Shown here: positions 49,728 to 60,637 of the stretch, one piece after another
How positions within the stretch are numbered: position 1 is the stretch's first letter
Layout of the letters: the number at the start of each line of letters is the position of its first letter
Source: an uncultured Actinomycetes bacterium
GTDB lineage: Bacteria; Actinomycetota; Thermoleophilia; UBA2241
Length of the DNA: 64,000 nt
NCBI GenBank assembly: GCA_963833555.1
Contig: CAWHYB010000007.1
Coordinates: 388,739-452,738, forward strand
Reading direction: 5' to 3'
The notes under the pieces: model-generated
Databases searched by the model: none
What the model saw: the letters and a program-made list of their open reading frames with translations, nothing else
Told to the model about the DNA's origin: nothing
Position numbers and translations under genes: made by a program

Positions 49728-51385
49728 CTACTTGATCCAGTAGTCCTCCGGCCCGTAGCCGTAGACCAGGTTGTAGTAGAAGCCGCCCAGCCTCTTCGAG
49801 AACATCGTCGTGATGACCGGCGAGTACAGGGTCACATACGGGGCCTGATCGAGGATCGCCGCCTGGATCTCGTCGTACTTGGCGAGCCGCGCTGTCGGAT
49901 CGGTCATGGCCTGCGCGTCGGCGATCATCTGCTCGACGGTCGGGTCCCACCAGAAGGCGTTGTTCATGCCGCCCTGCACAGCGCTGGCTTTGTTGAAGAG
50001 CGTCATCCAGTCGTACGGGTCGGGGAAGTCCATGTACCACAGCGCCGTGCCCATCATGGCCGTGTCCGGAGTCGAGGTGAACGAGTAGTAGGTCGAGTTG
50101 CTCATCAGCTTGACGTCGGCCTTGATGCCGACAGCCGCCAGGTCCGCCTGGATCGACTGGATGAGCTTGGGGTCGGGGTCGACGTTGTCGGTGTAGAGCA
50201 TGGTCTTGAAGCCGTTGCGAATCCCGCCTCGCGCGAGCAGCTGCTTGGCCTTGGCCGGGTCGTAGCCGTACCACTTCTTGCCGGCCTGGTGGCCCGGCAT
50301 GCCGGGTGGATACAGCTGGTAGAGCGCCTGGCCCTGGCCGCTGAGCAGCTTGACGAGCTTCTCGCGGTCGATCGCCCAGGAGATGGCCTGCCGCACCTCG
50401 ACGTTGTCGAGCGGCTTCATGCTGCGTGTTCAGGAAGAGGTAGATCGTGCCGATGATCGGCGTCGAGTAGACGTAGTGCTTCCAGGCGGGATCGGCCTTC
50501 GCGCTGCACGACGTTCGCCGGCGGCAGGTTGTCGCCGAGCACGTCGACCTCGCCGCGCTGCAGCTTCAGGAAGCCGGTCTGGGGATTCACGGAGAGGTCG
50601 AACGTGATCTCGTCCAGATACGGCGTGCCGGCCTCCCAGTAGTTCGGGTTGCGCTTGAGGACGATCTCCTGGCCGGGCGTCCAGTGGTCGAACATGAAGG
50701 GCCCGGTGCCCAGCGGATGGCGGCCGACCTTGCTTGTCGCCCCACTTCTCGACCCACTCCTTGGGGATGACGTCGCAGAACTCCATGCCGAGCGCGTTGA
50801 GGAACGCGAGGTCGGGCGACATGAGGTCGATCTGCAGGGTGTGAGTCGTCGAGGACCTTGAAGCCGGCGATGTGGCTCGGCCTTGCCGGCCTGGTAGTCG
50901 TCGGCGCCGACGACGCCCGTGTAGAAGTACGTGCCGGAGCCAGCGGCAGCCTCATCATGCGCTCGAAGCTGTACTTGAAGTCCTGCGGCCGTGACCTCGC
51001 GGTTCACCGGCGGCTGGAACTTGACGCCCGTGCGGATCTTGATCGTGTAGGTCTTGCCGCCGTTGCTGATCGTCGGGCATGGCCGCGGCGAGCTCGGGCA
51101 CGAGCTTGAGTGCCCGCGACGCCGGGCTTGGCGGCGTAGCCGTACAGGCTCTGGAAGACGTCGTGCTCGATCTGCCAGTCGATGAGGTTCCAGGCGATGG
51201 CCGGGTCGAGCGTCGTCGGCTCGCTCTGCCACGAGAACGTCATGGTCCCGCCCTTCTTGGGCGTGTCGCCGCCGCCGGTCGAGCTGCCGGTCGTGGTGCT
51301 GCTCCCGCCACATGAGCTCACCACGACGACGAGCGCGCCCACCACGAGCGCCACGCAGGAGCCAGCCAGACACGGTTGTCTTCAC
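49728..51385 (-). CDS. ABC transporter substrate-binding lipoprotein, family 5 (peptide/nickel type); frame-interrupted
   Basis: Lipobox VVSSCGG; GGTMTFSWQSEPTTLDP, GTGPFMFDHWTPGQEIVLKRNPNYW, and C-terminal fragment 49728..50420. Confidence 0.7.
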
Positions 51386-51581
51386 GACGTCCCCCTTTCG
51401 GCTTCGACCCGGTCGTGACGGCGCGCCCCCTGGCGGCCCTCCAGTCGCACAGTATCTCGACTCACCTACGAATGGCAAGGGGGTCGGCATCGGACCCTGC
51501 CCGCGATGGCGACGACGGACGTAGGATGCTGCGTAAGAGCAGCGCCTGGACGCGCCCGCACCGTGCGAAAGGGAGTCGTGA

Positions 51582-52688
51582 TGAGTCTCGACCTCGAGTT
51601 CCTGCGGGACCTGTGTCTCTGTCCGTCGCCCGAGCGGCTTTGAGGGCGCGGTGCAGGACGCTGCTTCGCCGGCGGCTGGCCGGGCCGCCGCTCGACGGGA
51701 CGGCAAAGCCGCAGGCCGACGCGATCGGGAACCTTGGGCGGCGGCTGGACCGCCAGACGGGCCGCAGGTCGTCGCCGTCGCCCACGCCGACCAGATCGGG
51801 CTGATCGTGACCCACGTCGACGAGGCCGGCTTCGTGCGCTTCGACGCCGTCGGCTGGCTCGATCACCAGCTGCTGCCGGGACACACCGTGCTGATCCACA
51901 CGGCCGGGGGACCGGTGCGCGGCGTCGTGGGGCGGCCGCCGACCCATATCGTGCCCGAGGCCGAACGTGGCAAAGCCGCTCCGATCAAGGAGCAGTTCGT
52001 CGACATCGGGGCGAGCTCGACCGAGCCGAAGCGCTCGAGCGCGTCGCGGTGGGCGACGCCGTGACGTTCGACCAAGGCTTCCATGAGCTCGCGCCCGGAC
52101 GGTTCGCCTCGCTCGCGCTCGACGACCGGGCCGGCGTCTACGCCGCGTTCCGGGCGCTCGAGTTCTACGCGGCGGCCCCCGGCCGCGCCCGCCTGACGGC
52201 CGTCTCGACATCCCACGAGGAGACGACCTGCATGGGCGCCAAGGCCCTGGCCCGGCGGCTGCGGCCGGACGTGGCCATCGTCGTCGACGGCGACTTCGCC
52301 AGCGACTATCCGGGCGTCGACGCGACACTGCTCTCCGGCGAGGTGAAGACTGGGCGGCGGGCCGATCCTCGGACTGGGCACAACGACCAACCGGCCGCTC
52401 ACGGAACTCGCCATGGAGGTGGCCGCCGGCGAAGGCATCCCGGTGCAGACCAAGGCCTACGCCGGCCGCCTTCTGACCGACGCCGAGGAGTTCGCGGCGG
52501 CCGGCGAGGCGGCCTCGCTGGCGCTGAGTATCCCGATGCGCTACGTGCACTCGGCCGCCGAGGTGGCCGCCGCGAGCGACATCGAAGCGACGGCACTGAT
52601 CATCGCGGCGCTGGCTCGGCGTCTCGGCGAGGCGTTCGCACCCGGCATGTTCACGCCGGGCGCGAGTGGTACGACCACCTCCACGTAG
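51582..52688 (+). CDS. M42 family metallopeptidase (glutamyl aminopeptidase/CelM-like); frame-interrupted
   Basis: VAVAHADQIGLIVTHV, LDDRAGV, STSHEET, IPMRYVHSAAEV. Confidence 0.7.
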
Positions 52689-52725
52689 GCAGTGACGGCG
52701 GCCGTGGCCGCCGCCGCGGCCGCCG

Positions 52726-54193
52726 TCACTGCTCCTGGTCGCGCGCCCGTGACCGCTTCATGGCATACATCCGGCGGTCGGCTTCGCGCAGCAGATCGTC
52801 GATGTCGGCCTTGCCGGCCGTGTGCATGCCCATGCTCGCCGAGAGACGCACCGGTCCTTTGGTCGCGGCGTTGCGACTTGCGATCGCTTCGTCGACCTTG
52901 AGAGCGACGCGCCGGGCACCCCGTTCGTCGGTGCCCGGCATCAGCACGACGAACTCGTCACCGCCGTAGCGCGCCACGATGTCGGTGTCGCGGCAGCTCG
53001 CCTCGAGAAGCGCGGCCAGCTCGCGCAGCATGGCGTCGCCGGCCTGGTGGCCGTACTCGTCGTTGACCTTCTTCATGTCGTCGAGGTCAAGGAAGAGGAT
53101 GCTCACCACGCCGCCGTTGCGGCGCACGTCCTTTTCGGTGCGCTCGAGGGTCAGTTCCAGATAGCTTCGGTTGTAGACACCGGTGAGGCCGTCGTGAATC
53201 GCCAGCTGATCCTTCTCCTGGATGAGTCCGCCGGTTGTCGAGCGCGATGACGGCGTGGATCGCGAACGTGCGAAACAGCGTCCTGTCGTCGTCGCTGAAG
53301 TGCCGCGCACGGTCATAGAAGCACGGCGAGGGCACCGTAGGTGCCGCGGTAGCTCTCGAGCGGCACCGCGAGAAACGACCGATAGCCGCCGCCTCCGCCG
53401 ACCCGGTCTGCGGTCGTGCTCTCGGCATCGACATCGTCGACGGCCACCGTCTCGCCGCCGAGTACCGCCCGCCCCAGGAGCGAGCCTTCGAGCGGCACCA
53501 CGAAGAGCTGCCGGTAGCGGTCATCGAGCCCATGCACCTGCCTTGGCGACCAGCACGTCGCCGCGCACCGCAAGCAGGGCCGCCTGCGGGGCGTCCATGA
53601 GCCGCGCCGCCTCGGCAAGGATGATCGGTTCGAGCGAGGCCGAATCGACACTGCGGTTGATCGTCTCGGCGGCGTCCAGAAGAAGCTGCTGGCGGCCGAT
53701 GCGCTCGAGCTGCTCGCGCAGGACGAGGGCGTGTTCGATGGCGGAGGCCAACTCGGCGCCGGCCGCGCCGACGAAGCCGACGTCGTCGGCGGAGTAGGTG
53801 CGCGGCCGGCGCGTCACGACCGTCAAGACCCCGAGCGCCCGGCTCTGGGCGACGAGCGGAAAGGCGAGCAGCGTGGAGATGCCCTCGCTCAGGGTCGGCG
53901 GCAGCACCAGCGGACTGACCGACGTGTCGGCCACGATCACAGTCTCCTGCCCGGTGAAGGCGACACCTGCCGCGGCCTCGTCATAGGGAACGACTGGCGA
54001 TCGTCGCTGCGTAGGCGTCTGAGATGCCGCGGTGGCAGGCCAGATCGAGCGTCTCGCCGTGAACAAGAGAGATCCACCCACCGTCGACACACAGGCCGGC
54101 GACGACCTTGTCGAGCCCCGTGCCGAGCACGGCCTCGAGCTCGACTGAGAGATCTGTTGCGGGGCCGGTCTGAGTCACGACGCCCAACTCCAA
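52726..54193 (-). CDS. GAF-GAF-GGDEF diguanylate cyclase; frame-interrupted
   Basis: C-terminal GGDEF domain (HDGLTGVYNR, RYGGDEFVVLMP) is intact in ORF 52726..53316. GAF-like segments lie in fragments 53313..53651, 53521..54090 and 53981..54193. Confidence 0.7.
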
Positions 54194-54226
54194 ACAACGG
54201 CGCGCGGCGTCGGCGTGCCGCTCGAC

Positions 54227-55798
54227 CTAGGGTTTGCCGCTCTTGCCGGGCTTGCCGGGCTTGCCGCTCTTGCCCGGCTTGGCGGCGTGGCCCTGGCCGC
54301 TGCGCTTGGGGATCTTCGCGTCGTGGTGTGCGGCATGCCGATTCGCGGCCTTCGTCGTCTTGATGGCCTTGGCCTGATGTCGAGCGGCCTTCTTAGCAGC
54401 GTGCAGCTTGGCGTGGATCTGGCGCTGCTTGACGCTGGCGCTCCCGCCGTGGCCCGGCTGCTTGCGGACAGCCGTAGATACCATGGATCTGTGATCGTCA
54501 GCCGCAGCGATCGCGGTCTGCAGCGTCCTGTCTGCCGCCGCCGATCCGCTGCCTCCATCCGCGCTGGCGTCAAACCCGATGAGCCCGCTGCCGGCCGGAG
54601 ATTGCGGCGTCACCACGACTCGGCTGGAGGTAGCCCAGTCGACTGTCTCGTCGGGTGTCGCCGCAGTGGCACCCGGTCCTTCGGTCACCGTCGGATGGCT
54701 GCCACCGACCGCAGGCGACTTGTCTGGTGACGCGGCCGGAGCCGGCACGATCACGACGCGGACTTGTGAGGGCGTCATCTGTCCCACCGGCTGCGGATGG
54801 TGCTGGCCCGCATACGCGGCCAGCCCGATGAATGCCGAAAGACAGACCGCAGCCACGGCGTAGGCGGCCGCTCTGCTGGCGACGACCGATCTGATCCTGG
54901 CCAGCGTCCCGGCGCCGGCAGCGGCGGCGCTTGCGGCGCCGGCGATCGCCACCGGCGGCGAGCTCGAGCCCGCCGCCACACCAAGCTCGGTCGCGGCGCC
55001 GAAGATCGGCGCCGCCTGCAGCGCCTCCGGGAGCAAGGCTTCTTCGAGGAAGAGCGCCAGACCGAATGCGGCTTCACCCCACGGCTTCATCGTGGTGCGG
55101 CAAGGCTTGCAGTACGCAGCGTGTTCGCGGAGCTTGCGCATTTCGTCGACGGGCAGAAGACGACCGACAGAACTCGCGGCGACTCGTTCGGCGAGCCGGC
55201 AGGGCGCGCCGGGCTGGTCCGTCATGGGCTCCTCGAAGGCGCGCAAGAACCGCTCTCGCGCCCGGAACAGCAGCGCGCCCATCTCACCGGTCGATATGCC
55301 GAGCACCATCGCGGTCTCTTCCGGGCGAAGGCCGTAGACGTCGTTGAGCAGGAGCGCGGTGTAGTGGTCGTCGCCCAGCGTCGACAGCGCCTGCTCCGCG
55401 CGGCGGTCCAGATCGCTCGCACCGCGCTGACCCGATCGAGGCCCGTCGTCGCCGTCCGGCTCGCGACCGCTGTCGCCGGCATCGCGATCGCCTCGACGGT
55501 CGCGACAGACGCTGACGGCGACCCCATAGAGCCACGGTCTCAGGTCGAATCGGCTTTCGTCGAGAAGGATCTGCCGGTAGGCCGTCACGAAGACTTCATT
55601 GGTGACGGCCGCGGCGTCGCCGCGGCCGCGCATCAGGCGCAGGACGAAGTTGTAAATGGACGTCCGGTAGGTCTCGTAAAAGCGCAGGAACGCGTCGCGC
55701 TCACCGGCCCGCAGATCGTCCAGGCAGAGGGTCGGCACCGAGCGCGTGTCTACGCCGACTGCGTGGTGATCACCGGAGGGTTCAGAAAGCCTTGCCAT
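54227..55798 (-). CDS. ECF sigma factor fused to zf-HC2 anti-sigma domain, TM region and Lys-rich tail (paralog of 2601..4052)
   Basis: Uninterrupted 523-aa ORF. Region 2 (TNEVFVTAYRQ, WLYGVAVSVCRD), region 4 (ALLLNDVYGLRPEETAMVLGISTGEMGALLFRAR), ZAS-like HAAYCKPCR, a hydrophobic segment, and a K/A/G/P-rich end. Confidence 0.75.
   Translation of the reverse strand: MARLSEPSGDHHAVGVDTRSVPTLCLDDLRAGERDAFLRFYETYRTSIYNFVLRLMRGRGDAAAVTNEVFVTAYRQILLDESRFDLRPWLYGVAVSVCRDRRGDRDAGDSGREPDGDDGPRSGQRGASDLDRRAEQALSTLGDDHYTALLLNDVYGLRPEETAMVLGISTGEMGALLFRARERFLRAFEEPMTDQPGAPCRLAERVAASSVGRLLPVDEMRKLREHAAYCKPCRTTMKPWGEAAFGLALFLEEALLPEALQAAPIFGAATELGVAAGSSSPPVAIAGAASAAAAGAGTLARIRSVVASRAAAYAVAAVCLSAFIGLAAYAGQHHPQPVGQMTPSQVRVVIVPAPAASPDKSPAVGGSHPTVTEGPGATAATPDETVDWATSSRVVVTPQSPAGSGLIGFDASADGGSGSAAADRTLQTAIAAADDHRSMVSTAVRKQPGHGGSASVKQRQIHAKLHAAKKAARHQAKAIKTTKAANRHAAHHDAKIPKRSGQGHAAKPGKSGKPGKPGKSGKP
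54231..54283. repeat. imperfect 9-nt tandem repeat encoding (GKS/GKP)n
   Basis: TTTGCCGCTCTTGCCGGGCTTGCCGGGCTTGCCGCTCTTGCCCGGCTTGGC encodes the tail KPGKSGKPGKPGKSGKP at the 3' end of the sigma-fusion gene. Confidence 0.5.
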
Positions 55799-55808
55799 GC
55801 ACCCATTC

Positions 55809-55834
55809 TATCGGCATCGAGATGAAGACGTTGA
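55809..55834 (-). promoter_or_regulatory. ECF-type promoter candidate (TCAAC-N13-TGCCGATA), 10 nt upstream of ATG 55798; implies a leaderless or near-leaderless mRNA
   Basis: On the plus strand TATCGGCA is at 55809-55816 and GTTGA at 55830-55834. TAGAAT (plus-strand ATTCTA, 55805-55810) ends 6 nt from the ATG. Confidence 0.4.
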
Positions 55835-56038
55835 GGGCGATGTCACGTTGGTCGCCTTCGTCACCGGCGGGAGTCCACCTTCAACATCGCGGTCAGTCCC
55901 GGGGCGGACTCGGGTGCGTGGGCTGTTAGAGACGCAGATCGCCCGCCCCAGGCACCCTGAACGCGAGTGAGCGCCGACGAAGGCCCGCGCGGCCTCGCGT
56001 CGGAGGCGAAGAGGACGACGTGACCTCCTGTGATCATG

Positions 56039-57514
56039 TCAGACTCCTTCGTGGCCCGGTGGCTCGGACCCGGCGGGGCGGACGCCGAGCTTCTGCAGGG
56101 TCACAGCGATGTCAGAGGCCGTCGTGCGCGGGTTGATGGTGCACAGACGAAGCACTGGTCGGCCCCGCAGCCGTGTGCTGGTGAGCGCCGCGTACCCGTC
56201 CTGCGCGAGGCCGGAGGCCAGCGACTGGTGGTCATCGTCGCCGGCACCCCGGCGGGCAAAGGTGACGATTCCGAGCTGGGCCGTAGTGACCACCTCCCAC
56301 AGCTCATCGCTCTCGATCGATCGCTGGGCGTAGTCGGCCAGAGCCATACCGCGCTCGATCGCGGCGGCCATGTGCCGCACGCCGTAGATCCGGAAGCTCA
56401 GCCACAGCTTGATCGCCCGCGCGCGCCTAGTCAGCTCCGCGCTGCGATCGCGGAAATCGACCTCTTCGTCGACGCCCATCACGTCGACGAGGTAGTCCGG
56501 GCTCATGTGAAACGCCTGCTTGAGGGCGCCGGGGCGGCGCACCAACACACACCCGAGATCGTAGGGCTGGAAGAGCCACTTATGCGGATCGACCACCAGC
56601 GAGTCGGCAAGCTCGAGCCCAGCGAGGGCGCGGCGGCCGGCCTCGCAGAGGCCGGCCGCCGCGCCGTACGCGCCGTCGATGTGGAACCAGAGCCCTTCAG
56701 ACCGGCAGAGGCCGGCGATCTCGCCCAGAGGATCGACGCCCCCCGTGTTCGTGGTCCCTGCGGTGGCGACCACGAAACCGGGCCGTCTGCCGGCCGCGGC
56801 GTCCTCGCGCACGGCGTCGGCAAGCGTCGGCGGCGACATCCGCAACGCGCTGTCGCTGTCGAGCACCCGGATGTGGTCGTCAGGGAAACCCAGCACCGCC
56901 AGCGCGCGCGGGATCGACGCGTGGGTCTGGTCGGTCAGGTAGCACACGCCGGGCCCTTCGGCGGCGCGCGCGGCGGCCAAGGCCGTCAGGTTCGCCATCG
57001 AACCGCCGCTCGTCATCACGCCTTCCGTACCGGCCGGCATGCCGAGCAGCGAGCGCAGCCAGTCGAGCGTCACCAGCTCGAGGGTCGCCGGTCCGGATCC
57101 GCCGCTCCACGACGCAGCCATGGCGTTGAAACCGGTCCCGAGCCAATCGCCTAGCACGCCGGCATAGGACGACGGCCCAGGCACCCTCGCGAAGTATCGG
57201 GGATGGTCGCCGTGCTGCATGTGTGTGAGCGCGACATCGGCGAGCGTCTTCACGGCCTGCAGGGCGTCGCCGCCGTCCTGCGGCGGCGGGCCGCCCAGCA
57301 AGGCCCAAAGATCGGCCGGTGCACCAGTGCGGATCGCGGGTTCGTCGGCAATATGGACGAAATGCTCGACGACGCGGTCGACGACCCAGTAGCCCAGTTC
57401 GCGCATCTCGGTCTCTTGGAGACCCAATGGTTCGTCGCCACGCGCCGGATCGGCGGGGGGCTCGTGCCTGTGCTCGTCGGTCACTTCGTTCCTCCTCGTG
57501 CACTCGCCGCACAT
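56039..57514 (-). CDS. PLP-dependent group II decarboxylase (aromatic-L-amino-acid/tyrosine decarboxylase-like)
   Basis: Uninterrupted 491-aa ORF with [22 protein letters not shown] and the PLP-lysine motif [10 protein letters not shown]. Confidence 0.8.
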   Translation of the reverse strand: MCGECTRRNEVTDEHRHEPPADPARGDEPLGLQETEMRELGYWVVDRVVEHFVHIADEPAIRTGAPADLWALLGGPPPQDGGDALQAVKTLADVALTHMQHGDHPRYFARVPGPSSYAGVLGDWLGTGFNAMAASWSGGSGPATLELVTLDWLRSLLGMPAGTEGVMTSGGSMANLTALAAARAAEGPGVCYLTDQTHASIPRALAVLGFPDDHIRVLDSDSALRMSPPTLADAVREDAAAGRRPGFVVATAGTTNTGGVDPLGEIAGLCRSEGLWFHIDGAYGAAAGLCEAGRRALAGLELADSLVVDPHKWLFQPYDLGCVLVRRPGALKQAFHMSPDYLVDVMGVDEEVDFRDRSAELTRRARAIKLWLSFRIYGVRHMAAAIERGMALADYAQRSIESDELWEVVTTAQLGIVTFARRGAGDDDHQSLASGLAQDGYAALTSTRLRGRPVLRLCTINPRTTASDIAVTLQKLGVRPAGSEPPGHEGV

Positions 57515-57607
57515 CGATCGCGCCCATTCTAGCGAGGCCCGGCCAGGTTATCGCGCCTGGCCGGTTGGGTATGCCTACGGCGGCGGATCGGCGGCGGGGA
57601 GGGTTGC

Positions 57608-57976
57608 ATGTACGGCGCAGCAGTTGGCCAGTATGGCAGTCGACGTGGCTTCAATGTCGTGGGTCGGGGCGGCGTCGAGCGTCCCAGCACTTATGGGGCA
57701 GGAAGGGTCTGCGCGGCGGAAGCGTGCGTCACGATCCTTTCCGCCTACAACCCCAGCGACGTGTGTTGCCTGCATGAGGGCTGGACCGCCCGATGTGCGC
57801 CGTCCACACGCCAGTTCGCCCCCCGTGAGGAACTGACCCGTACCTGTCTCTACGAGCGCTGCGGTCGCGAGTTCGTCACGACGAACCCGGCCAAGAAGTT
57901 CTGCTCAGATCGCTGCCGCCTTGGAGCCTTCCAGGCTCGTCGCGCTGTCGAAGGACGCCACGCCACGGCGGGCTGA
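57608..57976 (+). CDS. hypothetical Cys-rich small protein
   Basis: ORF with CAAEAC..CCLH and C..C...FCSDRC patterns suggesting Zn binding. There is no family assignment and the start is uncertain. Confidence 0.3.
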   Translation: MYGAAVGQYGSRRGFNVVGRGGVERPSTYGAGRVCAAEACVTILSAYNPSDVCCLHEGWTARCAPSTRQFAPREELTRTCLYERCGREFVTTNPAKKFCSDRCRLGAFQARRAVEGRHATAG

Positions 57977-58032
57977 CCGCGGGCCGGCTGCGGCCGAGCC
58001 CGGCGACATCTGCGTTCTAGGAGGGGCAACGG

Positions 58033-58425
58033 GTGGATCTCAGCGAACTACCGCCGGGCGAATCAGGGCCAGAAGTGACGGCTGATCCTCTCGCCAACAT
58101 CGCTGCCGCAGGAGCGACTCCGACCGCAACAGAAACGCGCGGCGGCCGATTCGCCCGCAAGGCTCATCGGGTCCGCCTTTACCTCTACGCCGTGATGGCG
58201 GTCGCGCTTCTCGTCTTCTTGATCGCCCTGGCGGTGGCAAATACGCGCCACGTCAAGGTCAGCTGGGTGTTCGGGACTTCGTCGGTGTCGCTCGTCTGGC
58301 TGGTGCTCTTCTCCGCGATCCTGGGTCTGCTGCTGGGCGCGATCATGGGTGCGTTGTTCCGCTGGCGCACCCGAAGGCCGCGCGAACCGAAGCTTGCCCC
58401 ACAGGGGGAATCGGGCCCGCGCTAG
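58033..58425 (+). CDS. LapA/DUF1049-like membrane protein
   Basis: Two TM helices flanking NTRHVKVSWVFG, an arrangement typical of LapA_dom proteins. Confidence 0.5.
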   Translation: MDLSELPPGESGPEVTADPLANIAAAGATPTATETRGGRFARKAHRVRLYLYAVMAVALLVFLIALAVANTRHVKVSWVFGTSSVSLVWLVLFSAILGLLLGAIMGALFRWRTRRPREPKLAPQGESGPR

Positions 58426-58503
58426 GAGGCACTGTCGAACCGGGCACCGGGCACGGAGGTCCGACTCACGGCCAACGTATCGCGCCGCTGCCGCGCGACC
58501 GGG

Positions 58504-58689
58504 TCAGAGAATGTTGAGACCGCCCAAGATGATCCCGATCACGATCAGCACGACTCCCATGAGCAGCCTGCGGCGGAAGAGGGCGACGCCTCCAGCGACG
58601 ATCAGGATGATGCCGATCACCCACGCGATCGGAACGGCTCCTCCACTCAGGACCGAGGCCAGCAGTGACGCCACAAGCGCGCTGTGCAT
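58504..58689 (-). CDS. small hydrophobic membrane protein (61 aa)
   Basis: ORF with two predicted TM helices. No family was recognised. Confidence 0.35.
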   Translation of the reverse strand: MHSALVASLLASVLSGGAVPIAWVIGIILIVAGGVALFRRRLLMGVVLIVIGIILGGLNIL

Positions 58690-58698
58690 CGTGCCCTC

Positions 58699-58866
58699 CT
58701 ATTTGAGATGCAGGCTGACTCCGAACAGGACCAGCGGCCACAGCACGACGGCGAGCACCGCCGAGAGCACAGCCGTGACGCTGGTCAGATGCGCGAGGTA
58801 GTGATGGGAGTTCGCAACGACCGCGCCGACGACCAGGTACACGATGATGGCGATATTGCGAATCAA
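58699..58866 (-). CDS. small hydrophobic membrane protein (55 aa)
   Basis: TTG 58866 has an AAGGAGGG SD 4 nt upstream. Two TM helices (IAIIVYLVVGAVV, AVLSAVLAVVLWPLVLFGV). Confidence 0.4.
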   Translation of the reverse strand: MIRNIAIIVYLVVGAVVANSHHYLAHLTSVTAVLSAVLAVVLWPLVLFGVSLHLK

Positions 58867-58998
58867 GCGGCCCTCCTTGAAGAAGGGCCCCCGGTCCCGG
58901 GCTTGAGCCCGAGAGCCTCGGGATGCAGATGCATCCTGACGGCATGACGATACCCCCAGCCTCAAACAGCCAACCGCGTCGCTCGGCGGGGCGGGCCG

Positions 58999-59499
58999 CT
59001 ACGATGCGGACGTCAGCGCCGTCGATCGCGGAGCGGCAGCGGGCGAGCGCTTTCCGGTCAGCGCGCGCAGCCGCACCCGGACGACCATCGTCTTCTCGAC
59101 CATCTCCGGGGCGAAGTCCCAACCGTGTCTGCCCGAGTACTTGTGCATGATCACCCCAAGACCCTGGAGCTTGGTGGCCACGTCGTCGACGAGCTCCGCC
59201 GTGCCAAAACCGATCACGGATTCGTAACAGCTCGTCCAGCCGCCGCAGGCGCTCTCCCCGCCTTTGAGTTCGATCAGCCGGTCGACCTCGATACAGACCT
59301 CTGGATTGGCGCGCAGACACTCCAGCTTGCGACCCAGGCCGGCGCAATGGAACCACAACACGTCGCCCCGGCAGGCAAGGTTGAGCGGCACGACGTAGGG
59401 CCGCTCGCCGTCGACCAAGCCGAGGCGGATCACCGGCGCGTCAGCCAGGATCCTGTCGATCTCCGCGCAATCGGTGATCTGTTCGTCGTCTCTGCGCAT
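58999..59499 (-). CDS. pyridoxamine 5'-phosphate oxidase family (NimA-like) protein
   Basis: RLGLVDGERPYVVPLN...LWFHCA..GRKLECLRANPEVC resembles the PNPOx-like split-barrel family. Confidence 0.65.
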   Translation of the reverse strand: MRRDDEQITDCAEIDRILADAPVIRLGLVDGERPYVVPLNLACRGDVLWFHCAGLGRKLECLRANPEVCIEVDRLIELKGGESACGGWTSCYESVIGFGTAELVDDVATKLQGLGVIMHKYSGRHGWDFAPEMVEKTMVVRVRLRALTGKRSPAAAPRSTALTSAS

Positions 59500-59656
59500 C
59501 GCCTCCGCCTCTGCCTCGGGTTCCTGTCTCCGTCGATTCGAGCGCTCGCACCCCCCGGGCGGGACTTCGCCCGCCCGTGGGGTGGAGGCGTCGGGGAGGC
59601 CAGTGTCGGAGACTGTGGGCAGCGACGCGCCGTCTACTCCAGTCGCGCTCAGGTGG

Positions 59657-60085
59657 TCACGCGGCCTGCAGGCGCCTGAGGATCCCGACCATCTCCGGCG
59701 AGATGTCGGTGTGGTGATGGACCATCTTCCACCCGCCGGGTTCGCGCCGGTAGATGTTCGTGACGCGTTGCTCGATGGTGACCCGCTCGCCGGCCATCGT
59801 CGCCTGCCCGGACTCGACACCGATCTCGTAGGCCGCATCCCCAAGGACATGGACACTCCGGTCGCGCAGTTCGACGTGGCCCCCCGAGGCGACCTTGCCG
59901 ACCTGTTCGAACGATCCTCGGACTTCGTCCCACCCCGACTCGCGACCGCCGATGGGGTGCATCGTCGTGACTTCGGCGCCGTGTGACCAGACGTTTGCCA
60001 GCGAGTCGGTATCGCCGTCGAGCATGCCGTTCAGCGCTGAGTAGAACCGTGTTGATGCTTCGCGGACGTCGTCTTCTGCCGACAT
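59657..60085 (-). CDS. SnoaL-like/NTF2-fold (DUF4440-like) protein
   Basis: FYSALNGMLDGDTDSLANVWSH...VTNIYRREPGGWKMVHHH is typical of NTF2-like proteins. Confidence 0.6.
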   Translation of the reverse strand: MSAEDDVREASTRFYSALNGMLDGDTDSLANVWSHGAEVTTMHPIGGRESGWDEVRGSFEQVGKVASGGHVELRDRSVHVLGDAAYEIGVESGQATMAGERVTIEQRVTNIYRREPGGWKMVHHHTDISPEMVGILRRLQAA

Positions 60086-60190
60086 GGTCGCTCCTTGGGT
60101 CAACAGCCTCGAGGAGGCTGCGCTTGCTCTGACAGACTTGTGCTTCCGGCGGGCGGGCGGCTGCGCCGCCCGCCCGCAAGGCCTTCCGAC

Positions 60191-60493
60191 CTACGCGGCC
60201 TTCGCCTTGTAGCCGACGGTCTCGGTCTCCCGGGCCCGCGTGACGCGCGGCTCACCGATCACGCCGCCGCGCTCCATCGCTTCCTTCAAAGACGGGTCGA
60301 CGGCAAACGCCTCGGCCTGCTCCTTGGATGGAAAATGGTTCACGATCGTTACTTCGTTGGGATCGTCGACGCTCCGGTAGAGCTCGTGGCCGGTGGCGCC
60401 GTGGCGCCTGCGGATGTCTCCGTGCTCGTCGAACACGGGCTTCCACGTGTCGTAGTCACGTACCTTGTGCTGCACGATGAGAATCATGATCAC
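60191..60493 (-). CDS. hypothetical small protein (possible dimeric alpha/beta-barrel fold)
   Basis: Uninterrupted 100-aa ORF; the fold guess comes only from the sequence pattern. Confidence 0.35.
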   Translation of the reverse strand: MIMILIVQHKVRDYDTWKPVFDEHGDIRRRHGATGHELYRSVDDPNEVTIVNHFPSKEQAEAFAVDPSLKEAMERGGVIGEPRVTRARETETVGYKAKAA

Positions 60494-60637
60494 CTCTCGA
60501 AGGAAGCGGGAGCGCCGCTCCCGTCCGTAGCCGCATGCCGATTAGCAATAGTGGCTCGTACCACACACTACGCGTCGATAACCGCGTTGGCGGCATGGCC
60601 TGACCGGGCGAACGGACGGGCTGGGAAGCAACGAGCC

